NCBI RefSeq assembly: GCF_964204645.1
Contig: NC_134026.1
Location: 25,082,150 to 25,146,149, forward strand
Direction: 5' to 3'
From: Tubulanus polymorphus
Lineage: Eukaryota > Animalia > Nemertea
DNA: 64,000 nt
The position numbers and the translations under genes were made by a program. The notes beneath the pieces are model-generated. The model had not been told where the DNA came from, ran no database searches, and saw only the letters and a program-made list of their open reading frames with translations. Shown here in pieces: positions 28,269-41,315 of this stretch; positions within the stretch are counted from its first letter, which is position 1, and each line of letters opens with the position of its first letter.

Positions 28269-31200
28269 AATTTCCTGTATGCAGAATTCGCTAGGTAAGG
28301 TGTACATTGGTGTATTGCCATCACTGTCCCTGGTGTGATTCAGACTTGCACACTTGTGATTGATGAGTCCCTGAAACACATTCCTCTGCTGACTACACTC
28401 AGTTATCAGACACCGCATTAGCCATTAAATTTCAGGATTATGGCCCCTGTAAATGAGATGGCAAGAGATTTCTTGGCATATAAGTCACATTAATTTGTCA
28501 CTACATCTAAAAGACTCCACTTTGCAGGATTGCTAGAACTGAGTTCACTTTTCAGATCAGCATTTATAGACAAATAAATAAAACTTGCATTCGGGAAAAT
28601 GTCATCCTAAAACTAACTCTTAAACCATCACATACTCGATAATAGTAGATCAGTAAATTGAAGTGTTGCTCTTATTTATAAATGCAACATAATGAAGTCT
28701 GCTAGAAACCCTACAAGAAACAAGATAGCCGTTAGCAGTGAATCAAAGCTTAATTTCATGATACGCAGAGACTTGATATTTCATGCTAATTCGGGCTTTA
28801 AGACAACTATATATTACTCAGTCACCTGACTTTGTGTCATGTTACATGATGATTTATTTGGTGAGGAAGTAAATCAGAAAAGTTTGTTACTTCCAGAGGT
28901 AAATTCAGAAAGATGATTTTATGCGCTATATTTCCTGTACATATGGGCAACCATATCAGCCATCTTTTAGTAAACAACTTTAGTTTTTACTGTCTTTTTA
29001 CTTATGATGATGGTCTCTATACTTTTTACTATTTGTTTAATGGAATATACCATATGCCAATACTCAAAATAAAAATTTTTGTTGATGATTTTGAAAAGGT
29101 CACCCAGTCAGCGAGAAAGCTTTCGCTTTGTCAACTGCAAAGTAATGTGGCATCATTCTGTTGCTATGACAACCAGATTTTAATCCCACTTATTCTTTGT
29201 GGGTAGTCAGAAGTATTTATCACATGATAATATCATGTGATGTCTTTGTAGTGTAACCCCGATTTGGAAGGGGCTACAGGCTCCATAACAATAACATTTG
29301 TACTAAGAGATACCGCGCATGCAGTATTCAAAATGGTCACAATTATATTTTCCCATTTTCAGGATTATATAAACAATGAGCCTCCACATGGGTATATCTA
29401 AATGGCTTATATTTTTTAAATCAGATAACTTATTTGTCAACCCTTCCTAATATAATTGTGTTTTCTTATTTTTGTGAGTATTTTGTATGATTTTCATTCA
29501 TATATGCATTGAGTAGCTATTGAAATTCGCTCTTATGACGACCTACCCTAGAAAGAGATCGAAAGGGTTCATGGCCACTACCTTAATACTGTAGTCCTGT
29601 CAACCATAGATGTATAAACTCTATGTCCATGATCAGATTGATTTACTCAAAGCTTTAACTAACATTGAAAATGCTACGTTGGCACATTGACTGAAGTTGA
29701 TGGTATTTGTATTGAATGAATGTGACATACATCTAAATAATTAATAGGAGCCGGTTACTCCCTAAGCAAGCATGATTTTACTATGTGCGCGGAATAAACT
29801 GTATAATTTTGTGGATGAAATTCAAGATATCGCAATCATTAAAATGCGAATCGATATTGATGGTTTATACGACTGTGTCGTTGATATAATTGCTGCTTTT
29901 AAAAAGATGTATAAACGTATTGCCAATTAGAATCCAGATAGACCTAGTTACAACTTGTTAGTACGATAGTACGAAGTCGATTCAAGAGTTGTTATTCATC
30001 TGGGTTTTGGCATAGGTTTTAGTGTATCTAAACCGTGTTTATGTTGTGAAGTATGAAATGCTATGATATCAGGTAATCTCTAGTCATTATTTCATCATAC
30101 AATAATTCATCCCAATTAACCTAACCAAAACAAATCACCAATACGTGATTTTTTGGGCCAGTAACCATTTCATGAGAAAGAAATTAATGTTGTTTGCGCT
30201 GTGATAAGTTGTCCATCCTGGAATGGGGTGTGGGAATGTGGATTTAAAGGTTTGCAGTTCCCCAAATTAGATTAAATGAATGTGAATTGCTCTATAGCAA
30301 GTATATACATATATATTTATTAATGTCTGAGTCCTGGTGATAACTCGGATATTTGATACTGTTATTGATTATCAAAACAGTATCATTTGGAAATATGTGA
30401 GATATGTAACATAGGCGAATAAATGATGGACTTAAACTATAAAAGTACAAAAGGTGGCTTACAGTTAAATATAACGATCAGAACACTGAATCTGAAGTAT
30501 GGAAACAGCTCTGTCGTTATTCTGTTTTCCAGTATAGACGTTCTAAAGCAAAATATCGTGTGTGCATTTTGTATTTTGTTCATTTGTAATCATTAAGTTA
30601 CTTAATACATGATTGATAATCCTCCATCAGAATATTGTTGTAACTATCGTATCGTACAGTAAACATTGTTAAATGAAATGAAGTTAAATCTGCGTTTCTC
30701 ATCGAGCCATATACATATATGAATATATTGATAATTATGTATACATGTTATTATATAAACGATTATATTATTATGTATATAAAGGAAAAGACTATTTTTT
30801 GTTGTGGAAAAATGTTGGATAATAAAATGACTCCAGTCAGCAACTAAATCTGAATTGTTTTTTAATCTGAGGCGCGGATGGAATACCATGAGGCCAGTCG
30901 TCCCCGAAAAAGTTATCGTCGTCAAAAGGATATATACGACAGTTTTTCGGTAATCCACATATACTGCAAATATCATCCGCCTAAAAGGCGATCTACATCG
31001 GAGCCTCTTACGAGCGGCCGAGGGCACATGGAAATGTTCTGAACACCTATTTCCCGTATAGCTTTGACAGATTGCCTATCATCGATGACACGGCCCTTGT
31101 TTTCAAAGTGATAAAACAGAAATATATTTGTGGCACTTTGATATTTGAAATTATACTCCGATACATAACGTGTGACGTTACCTTCTGTATTGTGCAGATC

Positions 31201-31420
31201 AGACAGGTAATACAACAGCATAACACATGTTGACACCATAAATGGATGGATTATTGAGTCGTGATTATTGTTCGTAAATGTTTTATTGCTTTCCTCATCA
31301 GCTGCTCTCTTGCGGAATTTATAGTTTCGGTAACACATGGAGCCCACCCGCCCCTTACACAGAAGACACTTATACGTAGGTGTACGACTAATGTGTTTGC
31401 TTCCTTAATCCAGTTCCGCC

Positions 31421-32609
31421 ATGTCTCGTGCTGAAGGGTACAAGATCTTGAGTATATTTTTGGGTTTTGTGATTTTAATCTATGTATTACGCGACTTAAC
31501 AGAAGTTCCGAAAGGCAGCGATGACGAATTTTATATTCGTAAAATATATCAACGACACAGCCAAAAGAAGAACGCCAACGAGTCTTTGAAGCAGGAAGAT
31601 GAAATGGTGTACACGGCAAGCGACGTACCTTTAATTTGGATCGGTGGTGTGCCCAGAAGTGGTACAACATTGTCGCGAGCGCTTCTCGATGCACATCCAG
31701 ATGTTCGTTGTGGAGAAGAGACCCGGGTTATTCCCCAAATGTTGTCATTTCATGCTCGAATGCAAAATTCTGAACTCGAAAAAGCTCGTCTGGATGAAGC
31801 GAAAGTTACTGTCGATGTTATGGAATCCGCCTTGAAGAGTTATATTCTCAGTATCATTGTGAATCACGGAGAACCAGCCCTCAGATACTGTAACAAAGAT
31901 CCGTTCACTTTAAGATCCATGAATCTCATTTTGAGATTATTTCCAAATTCGAAGTTTATCTTAATGGTGAGAGATGGAAGAGCCGTCGTTCATTCAATTA
32001 TTTCTCGTAAAGTTTTAATTTCGGGATTTAACACGGACTCGTACAGCGACGCTTTGAGAGACTGGAACAGAGCGTTTTACTTCATGTACAAACTATGCCT
32101 TCAAAACAGTAAAGTATGTATGCCCGTTCCGTACGAAAAGCTTGTTATAGATCCAGAACCACAACTTCGACGAATTTTCAAATTTTTGGACATTCCTTGG
32201 AATGATATTGTATTACATCACGAACGAACAATTGGAAAACGAGGAGGAGTTTCACTTTCAAGGTATGTCTGTACAGGGTCATCAGGTGCTTTATCAAAAT
32301 TCAAACATTCGTGAACGAATACGAACTGCGGACCATGTTCTATTAGCTTACCTCTCGTCGTTATTCTCCAAAACTCCAAATTTAGATGTATATGTATTTG
32401 ATTCTAGGAAAGAAGCTTCGACGGACCAGGTGAACAAACCCATCAATACAAAAGCCCTTTACGAATGGGTAAAACATATGCCGAAAATGGTCAAGGATAA
32501 TGCAGCAGTCATCGCCCCGATGTTGAAAGTAGTTGGATATGATCCGGATAATCCAGTCGTCAACTACGGAACAAAACCCGAAGAATTGGCTACAGAATCT
32601 ATGGATTAG
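31421..32609 (+). CDS. TPST: Tyrosylprotein sulfotransferase, paralog B (exons 31421-32262, 32408-32609)
   Basis: Same motifs as paralog A (IGGVPRSGTTL, CGEETRVIP, CNKDPF, RDGRA) with an intron at the same position and phase (SLSR|KEASTDQVNKP). Confidence 0.95.
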
Positions 32610-33803
32610 AAAGCCGATATATAGCATATCAAACAAGTTTGAGAACTGTAAAATACACGTAGATTTTAATAGAAAAAAGTTTTTGAGGTGCTATCTTTTC
32701 TATAAAAATACAATATAACAAGTATCTTGTATATATTTCAAAGCGTAGTTAGAAATCGATTTGATATGTTTCTACAAATTTTTGATACGTAATTGCAGAA
32801 TTATTTTGGATTATGCAAAGAGCGTTATCTTGATGATGATTTTCCGAGATTCCTTTGGATATCGAGGGTAAGCGATAATTACTTCCTTGAGGCTAGATAC
32901 AATAGCCATCGCACCGTAGCCGCGAAACTGGTCAATGAGTTGCTAGAGCATGCATAATTTAACGCCGAATTGTCTCTGTATCGATGATACTGCCTTAGAA
33001 GAGCAGGCATCCACTTCAGTATCCCTCGAGTTAAACATGTGAAGTACAGCCCTTTGCGGGCTTAGGAATTAATTAAATTGTTGACTGGACTTGTTTGTCA
33101 CATTGATGGATGATAACCAACGGAGGACATCAAATCAATAAGCAACATAGAGAGACAAACTCATATCTCCGATTCGTCGGATTCCGGTGGTATCCAATCT
33201 TCCCAAATGTGCATCAGGCCGTGTTCACATCGCGTGTATAGTCACATGGGAGACGGCACTCGGAGATCTGTAAAGCACAATTTGCAAATTGAAAACGGGA
33301 ACAGACGGCCACATTACGAAATTATTCAGCGTTCTGGATTTTCGACATGATGTGACGCCATTCAGAAAACCCGCTACATTCATTCTCTTTCGATGTTTCA
33401 GGCGATTGAAGAGTAATGCGATGGTTATTTATTTACCAGTCATATTGACAGATCAAACTGAATATAATCAGTATTTGGGATCGGAGGGGATGTTTGTTTT
33501 ACTGATCGATCTGTACGAATTAGAAGTTTGGCGACACTAATGAGGGAAGATCTATGGTGAATCGATTTTCGGGGTCGTGTGTCTATCCGATGTACACATA
33601 TTGAAGAGATAAAGCAGAGCAATCACATATAGACGATATAAGGATAAAGTAATACGACAAATTGCCTTGTAAGATTAACGCTAGCTAGCATTTGATGGTG
33701 GATTACGTGTTGAACATAAGAATCCGAGATTGGAAATGGATGACATGGGCACTCGATGAAGAGAAATGAACTCCCAGCGACATCGCAAAACCCAATGACA
33801 GCC

Positions 33804-33896
33804 ATCCTCCCTCAGCTGGGATTCGCACCTGGGTGGCATTGAGACTACCAATGAGTCCCCGATGCCATCAGGTTTGAATCCCAGCCTAGAGAGGAT
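33804..33896. repeat. Short imperfect inverted repeat with B-box-like arms
   Basis: atcctccctcagctgggattcgcacctgggtggcattgagact pairs with agtccccgatgccatcaggtttgaatcccagcctagagaggat. Confidence 0.65.
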
Positions 33897-34169
33897 TTAA
33901 ATCAATATCAACCACAAAAAGATGTAACTACTTTCTTTCATTTTTAATAATATATATGTTTATATTTACAATTAAACATTAATATATTTACAGAAGAATT
34001 TACAAACTCAAATAACCATGTCCTTTATTACACGTTAAATAAATAAATATAATTCATCTTTCAGCCATCAGCACATACATTCAATGTAGCTACTTTTTAA
34101 ATCTGACTAGTCATCTTCCATACACAGTTATTGTTCAATAATATGTCGTAGGCAAAAGATTTTAATCTA

Positions 34170-34375
34170 CAGTAGAACCTGCTCGATCTGGATTATTTTG
34201 GACCAATGATGCAAAAACAGTTCATGAATCTGGATTCAACATCATCCACTAGATCTGGAGATGGATCTTTCTGCACCGTGGAAATAATCAAATCGAAAAA
34301 TTTAGTTGGACTGTACATATCATAGGTCCATATCAAATGTGGATCAAAATAATCTGGATTAAGCAGGCTCTATTG
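34170..34375. mobile_element. pogo/Tigger-like MITE
   Basis: TA|CAGTAGAACCTGCTCGATCTGGATTATTTTG at left; imperfect inverse caaaataatctggattaagcaggctctattg at right. Confidence 0.65.
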
Positions 34376-34389
34376 AACATATTAAACTA

Positions 34390-34596
34390 CAGAAAAAGTC
34401 CTTTATAAAGCCACCGTTGGGACCAATGTAAAACACGGTGTTATAACGAATTTGGTGTTATAAAGACCCGGGTATAAAGAATGGTATTTCCATTGAATTT
34501 TAGTAAAATTGAGCAAATTTGTTCTCGGAGAAATGTTGGCGTTAATTGAGCAGTGGCATTAAAAAGGATGGCATCATTATCAACAGACTTCGACTG
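34390..34596. mobile_element. Second pogo/Tigger-like MITE
   Basis: ta|cagaaaaagtcctttataaagccacc ... ggatggcatcattatcaacagacttcgactg|ta: degenerate TIRs with TA flanks. Confidence 0.55.
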
Positions 34597-34727
34597 TAAA
34601 TACAAATGACAGCCATCTTGATCAGAATATCATACTTATATTTCACCCAAAGATCATCAGACATGCATTTATTCAATCATGGGCATTATTGTCATAAAAA
34701 CAGGTCCAGACATAATGAATTCAAATA

Positions 34728-34940
34728 TATGAGACGAGAAGATACACAATATCCGTGTAAGATGATAACGAGAGAAATCCCACAATAAATTCAGTACGCC
34801 TAATAAAAGTAATTTACTACAGTAAATGCAGTACGCCTGATGATGGCTAATAGTCTTTAGCCGAAACGTTGCGCAAATATATATACTCTTCTAGTCAAGT
34901 TTCTCGTTTTGGCTGAATTTATTGTGGGTTTTCTCTAGTC
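34728..34940 (+). mobile_element. Short Penelope-like pLTR-derived insertion with inverted arms
   Basis: Arms 34771-34794 and 34913-34936; flanking direct repeat attcaaata (34719-34727 and 34941-34949); internal hammerhead motif. Confidence 0.65.
34834..34873 (+). ncRNA. Minimal type I hammerhead ribozyme motif
   Basis: CGC-CUGAUGA-U-GGCUAA-UAGUCU-UUAGCC-GAAACGUU-GCG: stem I CGC/GCG, 6-bp stem II, palindromic ACGU vestigial stem III. Confidence 0.75.
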
Positions 34941-35256
34941 ATTCAAATAGACATCACCATAGATAGAAAATCTAGTTAGCATACATGTATGGTTTACATC
35001 AACTCGATGTTAAAAACGTATGACATGCAAACAAATGTACATGTAGTAGTAAGATTTTTGTCCCAAACCGTCGGTGACAACTGGCATCATACATAAAACT
35101 CAAGATGCAGTTACTTCCAATGCTTCTCATTTCTCAATCCTCTTATAACGCTACGCAAACTAAGTTATTTCATGTGAAAAAACAAATTGCACCTCGCAAA
35201 ATTAATCACGCTGACATTGGGCAGTCTCTACATATTGTATTTAATACCAGTTTATA

Positions 35257-38013
35257 CTAGTGAAATGCGTATAAAAGCAGTAGAATCATACAGATTGATA
35301 TAACTAGTCCCAGTATAATCGAATCCCGTCGTTTGCGAAAATTTATTCGCTGTATCAAACTGTTGATCTGAGGATATCGATCTGAAAGTTTTATTGTCAA
35401 GGAAATGAACCTAAAAATGATGGGAATGGTTACAAAATTGGCCACTGCATGTCAGCACTGTATAATGTAGAGTCAACGCATGGATCTATTATTCAATTAG
35501 ATTAAGCCAAGATTTAGCCCTCATCAGACCATCAAATACTGCGTAGGATAGTAACACGTAGCAGAGGGCAGATAAAAGGATACTTGACAGTGCATTAACT
35601 CGCTGCGTTATGGAATTGAACATGCCTCGCTGCGAAAGCAAGTTTTCTTTTGTTGCCATGGCCACACTGAAAAATGATCCAGAAACAACATATATAAAAC
35701 CGTATCGAATTTCTACATATCAAAGAACAAGTCATCGGAATAAATTTCGGTTTTGTATTAATTTAGAACAAATATCTTACCCTATTTGCTCATCTAATAA
35801 TCGATCGGAACTGAAATAAGATAAATAGTAAATTACCGGTAATAAGGCAATCAATTAAGTAAATAGGGACTGATTTAGTGAAATATTGAAACTAACTGGA
35901 GCCATATCACTTACTTCCTGACGTGTTCATTTTCTTTTAAATACAATTCAGTTCTTCTGTTTAATCCGGATGCATTCTTGTAGGCACTAAAATTGGCATC
36001 GTTGAATGTATAAATTTCAATGAAAAGATCATTATTCTTCAGATACTTACAACAGGACCCAGTTCTACAGGTACTTCAAGTAATTACGACACTGAAATCT
36101 TATTCTATAGCTATGGAACTGGATCTCTAATTCAATAAGAAGCTTACGTACTCAATATCTCTTCTAACCGAGCCCAATAAATCCTCTCGTTCTTTGAAAG
36201 CTGTAATATTTGCTTTTGTTTTTTGAAATTCGTGCGAGTAATCCTGCAATATATCCCGATGTCGTTGTAACGTATGAATCAGAGCTGAACTACCACCATT
36301 CATACCTAATTTCTGAGTATAATCGGCCATATGGTCATTTATTTCCGTCAACTAATTGAGAAGAACAAATTCACGTTACATATTGCAGAAATTTCAAATC
36401 CTGTTAGATTTGCCGAAATCATTTGCCGATTTCGAAATGAAGGATAGATACCTTGGCGAGAAGCTGTTCAATCTGCATAGCCATTGTTTCAAACATATGA
36501 TCACTGCTGGTTTTATTGAGGAGTGGGGATGTGTCACTGAAATAGGAATACAGTAAATAACAACATATTACTAATATGCAGATGCAAACAATTGGTGCAG
36601 CCTCATTCAAACTCATCATAACACACTTATTGAAAATCCAACACACTTATTGGAATCCAATCAACATTAATCATTTAAGGTATCAACATGCAAACCTCAA
36701 TATTTACATATGGCTAAACCAACCCAACCTTCTATACCATTCACTTATACCTTTTATACCATTCGTATATGAATATAAAACGTGATTTACAGAGGATACA
36801 TATCAGTACTTCATCGCGCATTGTAAAAGGCAGAACAACCCAATGATAGTACTGTTATTAGTTTAAGTTCTATCACCATGCCATTCCTACGTTGATATTC
36901 ACGTACCTCGTACTCTCTTCCTCTCTAGTTGAACAAAAATTTTTGTTGATTACCAAATATAGATGTTAATGATTAATAGCCAAGTACCTAATTCTGATAT
37001 AGGTGAATCGTGATGTTTTCTACTCCTACTTACTTGGTACCGCCATAGTCTTTGTAAGAACTGTAACTTGTGCCTAATTTACTGAATGATACCAGTTTCA
37101 AATCAATTTCATTTTCCAGTTGTCTGGCTTGTTTTCGCAAATCTGTAAAATAAATAACAAATAAAATTCACGTAAAACTCTCCGAGACAAAACTAGTCTA
37201 AATGTAGAATGATAACCACACTCAAACGTGGTGAACGGATAATAAGATAAAAACCCACTATCTACAGATTAAAAGAATTTATTTATTCAATCTAAAATAT
37301 ATAGAATACACGACGTTTCGACCTCACCCTAGAAACTTGAATTTCTGAACACAAAAAGGATATTATAAATCAAAAACCGAATAGTGGCGTAGCCAATCAA
37401 TCACGTTTGGAACACTGGACCACTGGTCATCGTTTTAATTATTGAGAATAATAATTGTTTTTAAATTCTTTTAATCTGTAGATAGTGGGTTTTTATCTTA
37501 TTAGTCTAAATGTTTTTTTTTTTACATTTTCTTCTTCCTAAAACTGTGTACCAGCTAGTAGCCTAACGTAGTCAAGCCATGCTACACCATTTTGGTACAC
37601 TTTCTTTTATTAATCGATGCGATCAACAAGAGAACTCCCAGTTCTAAACTAACTAGTCTAGTACCTAGCCGTCATTCCACAAACAACAGTTGTAGGGAAC
37701 TGGTAACAACGACTGTTATTCAGACTATAAACTAATTTGCATGTACATTAGAACCTGAGAACTGTCATAAATAAAACTGTCAGTCTTGATTGAGGCTCAT
37801 GCTCTGGCAAGCGAAGAAGCGAGTCCAGGAAACGTCAACAGAATTATATTGATACTAGCTTTCAGAATGAAATCAAAGCTATATTTAGTATTTCATTTCT
37901 TATATCTGCTTCGGTAAAATATTTTTTTGATGTCCTATCGTGATGCCATCAATAGAATAACCGCAGTAATTTGAAGCATACGTACCTTCCCATTGATTAC
38001 CGAAGTCAGCCAT
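35257..38013 (-). CDS. GOSR1: Golgi SNARE GS28 (multi-exon)
   Basis: MADFGNQWE|DLRKQARQLENEIDLKLVSFSKLG; HTLQRHRDILQDYSHEF; C-terminal RYPQINSLIQRINFRKRRDSIILGLVISIC tail anchor. Confidence 0.95.
35382..35583 (-). other. U12-type (minor spliceosome) GT-AG intron, last intron of GOSR1
   Basis: 5' site GTATCCTTTT; branch sequence TTCCTTGAC about 14 nt upstream of the 3' end; frame-preserving junction ALS-N-RYP. Confidence 0.9.
37206..37503 (-). mobile_element. Penelope-like pLTR-derived insertion in GOSR1 intron 1, with truncated hammerhead
   Basis: Perfect 42-bp inverted arms (37240-37281 and 37462-37503); 12-bp direct repeat tagtctaaatgt (37194-37205 and 37502-37513); minus-strand GAGGUCGAAACGUCG half-motif near 37310-37330. 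Confidence 0.7.
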
Positions 38014-38177
38014 GTTGGCAATTACAGATGGCGCCACGTTACGGCTCAGTGAAATTAGTAAACTAAGGGTTCGCATCCACACCAAGCAAACAAAATAATC
38101 ATTATGAATTTATTCATTTCCAATTTATTATTCACTAGTTATATTAAATTAATTGATATTCGGATAATAACATTTCT

Positions 38178-40607
38178 TCAGTTTTGATTTGCACGTTCTT
38201 GTGATGGAACCCATCTCTTCAACAGATACTCCTGAATCAGAAAATATAATTTCAGATGATTTCAAATATTAAGTAACAATGGATGAAAAAGCATCAAAAT
38301 AATCAATGGATGGACAATAAATGCATATACCTTTATTTTAAATCCCGAAATACATTTGGGGGATTTTAGATGATCTTCTGTTAGATGACTAGGACGTATG
38401 ACATAACAAAGCATAACATCCTGAAATTTGAAATATTCTTTTTCATACCGATACTGGTTCATCAATTCGTATTCCAGAAAGTTAACATGCCTATCGTATA
38501 GCCATATCTTTACCTTAGCAACATGTTCTGTAAGCCGATCGAATCCAGAAAGTGATGTCCACGTTAAAATGCTGTTTGGTGAGTATTGGTCAGGCAACAG
38601 GCTGTCTTCAGATACCATTAATACTTTCACAGAAAAACTTGAATGGTAGAACGGTGGACCTTGTTTGTAAACAACTGAAAATATATGAAATGCAATCGTT
38701 AAATGAGTGCCATCAATCAATCATCCTCAAGACAGCATTGTGTGTATTACAATTTAAGTTACCAAATTCGCATCCATATTTGAGTCCAGGCTTTGGGACC
38801 CAACCTTTACTTCGTAGATAATGATATACCACATAATTCGAGACAAATGAAGGATGTATTTCACAGAATTTCTGCCACATCTGCCTGAGATTCATTGCCT
38901 GAAAATGAATTTTTTGTTCATGAAAATATAAATTCAGCATCTATCTTAATACCTACTAAAACATTCGCAATCTATTAAAAAATTTTCTTCTTACACTGCC
39001 ATTTGTATCATAAACCAACAAACAACCAAGACCATATGATAGAAAAAATGCCTGCAATTAAATAATTCGATCAATGTAAGCTATTCAAACAAAGATAGGG
39101 AAGATCTAGATAGCATACAATACCTCTTCAAAGAGAAGATAAAGATCTTCAGTAAGCGGATAAGGATCTCTTTTTAATCTCCAATGTGTATCAATTTCAG
39201 TCGCTAGTTCACATCCCTCATCATCTGTGTCAGCATGAACCAGAATGTCTCCATTACTTTCATTGTCCATTTGATAAAATGGTGAAGGTGGGGATTTCAA
39301 ATTTCGATTTTCTTCTGTATTGATTACTTGATAAATTTCACCTGACAGAGACGAGGTTTTTCTGTCATCCAATGAAAGAGTAGAATTAGTATTTCTAGAT
39401 TGTGTGTCAAAATCAGATTCTCCAGAAATGCCACTCCTCGAAACTTTTGGACTAGATTTATCTGTTCTTGAACTAGATACCAGTACTTCACAATTAGTCA
39501 GTTGAAGATCTTTGCGACTATGACCTCTTTTTAAAGAAACCGGTACACTACTTGGCGGAAGAATATTTTTCTTTTTAACCACAAACTCATCCTGAATATT
39601 TTGAACAGTTTCAGGAGATTTCCTCCTTATTTCCAACTGAGCATTTTCTTCATCTTTGTTGAGTTCATCATTCCAAAATCCTTGTTCATCATCATCCCAA
39701 TTCATACTCGCATAGTCTTTTCTATTCATGGGATTACTGCAAGCAATAACATCCGATAAGTCACTGTCTATATAATATCCGCAAGCAGTTTCATTTATTG
39801 ATGAGGTTGGTTCCATCAAAGATTGTGTCAAAGGTTCTTCATTTTCAACTGTAGTAGATAACCAACTCTTTACCGGTGCTTGTTTTACTGACCTGAAATT
39901 TTTCATAAAAACATTTGTGAATGGAGTGGTGCTATGTATAATCATGTATATCAAATAGAAACTAGAAACAATTAGTTTCTCACTTTCCAAAATTTCCCGA
40001 TTCTGTTGCGTTCAATTGAACTTGCAGTTTGACTTCCGGATCATCAAATATTTGAGATTCATTGCTTCTTAAAGCTGACATTTGGGACCAAGTCAAATGA
40101 CGCAGATACCTACAATACAAGTAAATCTATTCATTATTTCTATAGGGACATGTAGATGACAGATCATATGAAAAAATATTGATGATATAGGTCTACCTTC
40201 GTTTGCTTATGATCCTGGGAACTGGATTGTTCTTCTGATGGTCATAACTTGGCTGACTTCTTGAAAAGTTCCCTTTGCCAAAGAAACCCTAAAATTGCAC
40301 GATAAATTCACCACATATCATGGGTACTTCTACAATAATTTCGTTACTTTTATGTGTAGCCTAGGTACCGTACCATTTTGTAAAGCCATTGTTTGTCTCC
40401 AGTGTGTTTAACAACAACACAAGATCCTTCTAAGTAACCAGAATAGATATTCCATCTGGTGATAGATTGCGGTACTCCTGCGATCGATGAAATTGGAACT
40501 GGAAATGGCAATTCATAATTGAAATTCGAGTGTCTCTTGCGACGCACAGCAGTAATAGGCAATTTCGTACATGTAGAGGTAGTAGGTGATGTGACATCAC
40601 GACTCAT
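38178..40607 (-). CDS. TSEN2: tRNA-splicing endonuclease subunit Sen2 (multi-exon)
   Basis: LYKM|GFFGKGTFSRSQP; EDLYLLFEE; YVVYHYLRSKGWVPKPGLKYGCEF; YKQGPPFYHSS; RLTEHVAK; C-terminal RWVPSQER. Catalytic Tyr/His/Lys motifs present. Confidence 0.93.
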
Positions 40608-41315
40608 CTAAAAGATAACAAAAATGTATTCGAATGATTATTATGATATAGCCTTTATTTGACCGAGAGGTTATGACCAAGTTTAGTCTGAATACCAGTC
40701 GTTGTTACGGTTCCCTACAACTTTCAGGAACAACGGCTAGGTACTAGACTAGACCAAGTTATGACTGTCGAAAGCAGCAGTCCAAGTAGCCTATAGTAGA
40801 AAGTTATATTGAAATTGAATTGCTCCTCACAGACAGTCTTTCGACTGCTTCTTGGACCTTTTATGGTGAAATATCTTTTGTTCGCGGAACAGATTTTGTT
40901 TTTGAAAACTATGATGGGCGAGGATTTTATGTACAAAAACAATTAGTCATCATCAAAGTATATGCATGTGACGTCGTGGGGAAAGTACCATTGCATGTCA
41001 TACATTTAGATATTACTTACACTTAAATTACAAGAAAAAGAGAAAATAACATTAGCATGCACCAAAATTGCACGGAAACATATAATAAAGCAAAGTTCTT
41101 TACTCCGAATAGTCAGCGGTAATAGATAATCAACCTAAATAGGTCTAATTACTTTTACTTTAAAGGTATTGAGGACAATCTTAATTTTCGTTCGACGATA
41201 TATTATACGATATTTTTGTTTTCTGAACCATTTATTATCGAAAGATGATATTCGAACGAAACGAACAATCAGTGTTCCTACTATGGCATGTGAGGTCAGT
41301 TCAAGGTCGTTATAG

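Noticed and set aside
36440-36451. Second U12 donor in GOSR1 (GTATCTATCC)
   Set aside because: Deviates from GTATCCTT and no U12 branch site is seen near the acceptor.
39106-39990. 294-aa ORF as a separate gene
   Set aside because: It is the large low-complexity internal exon of TSEN2, lying between conserved Sen2 blocks.
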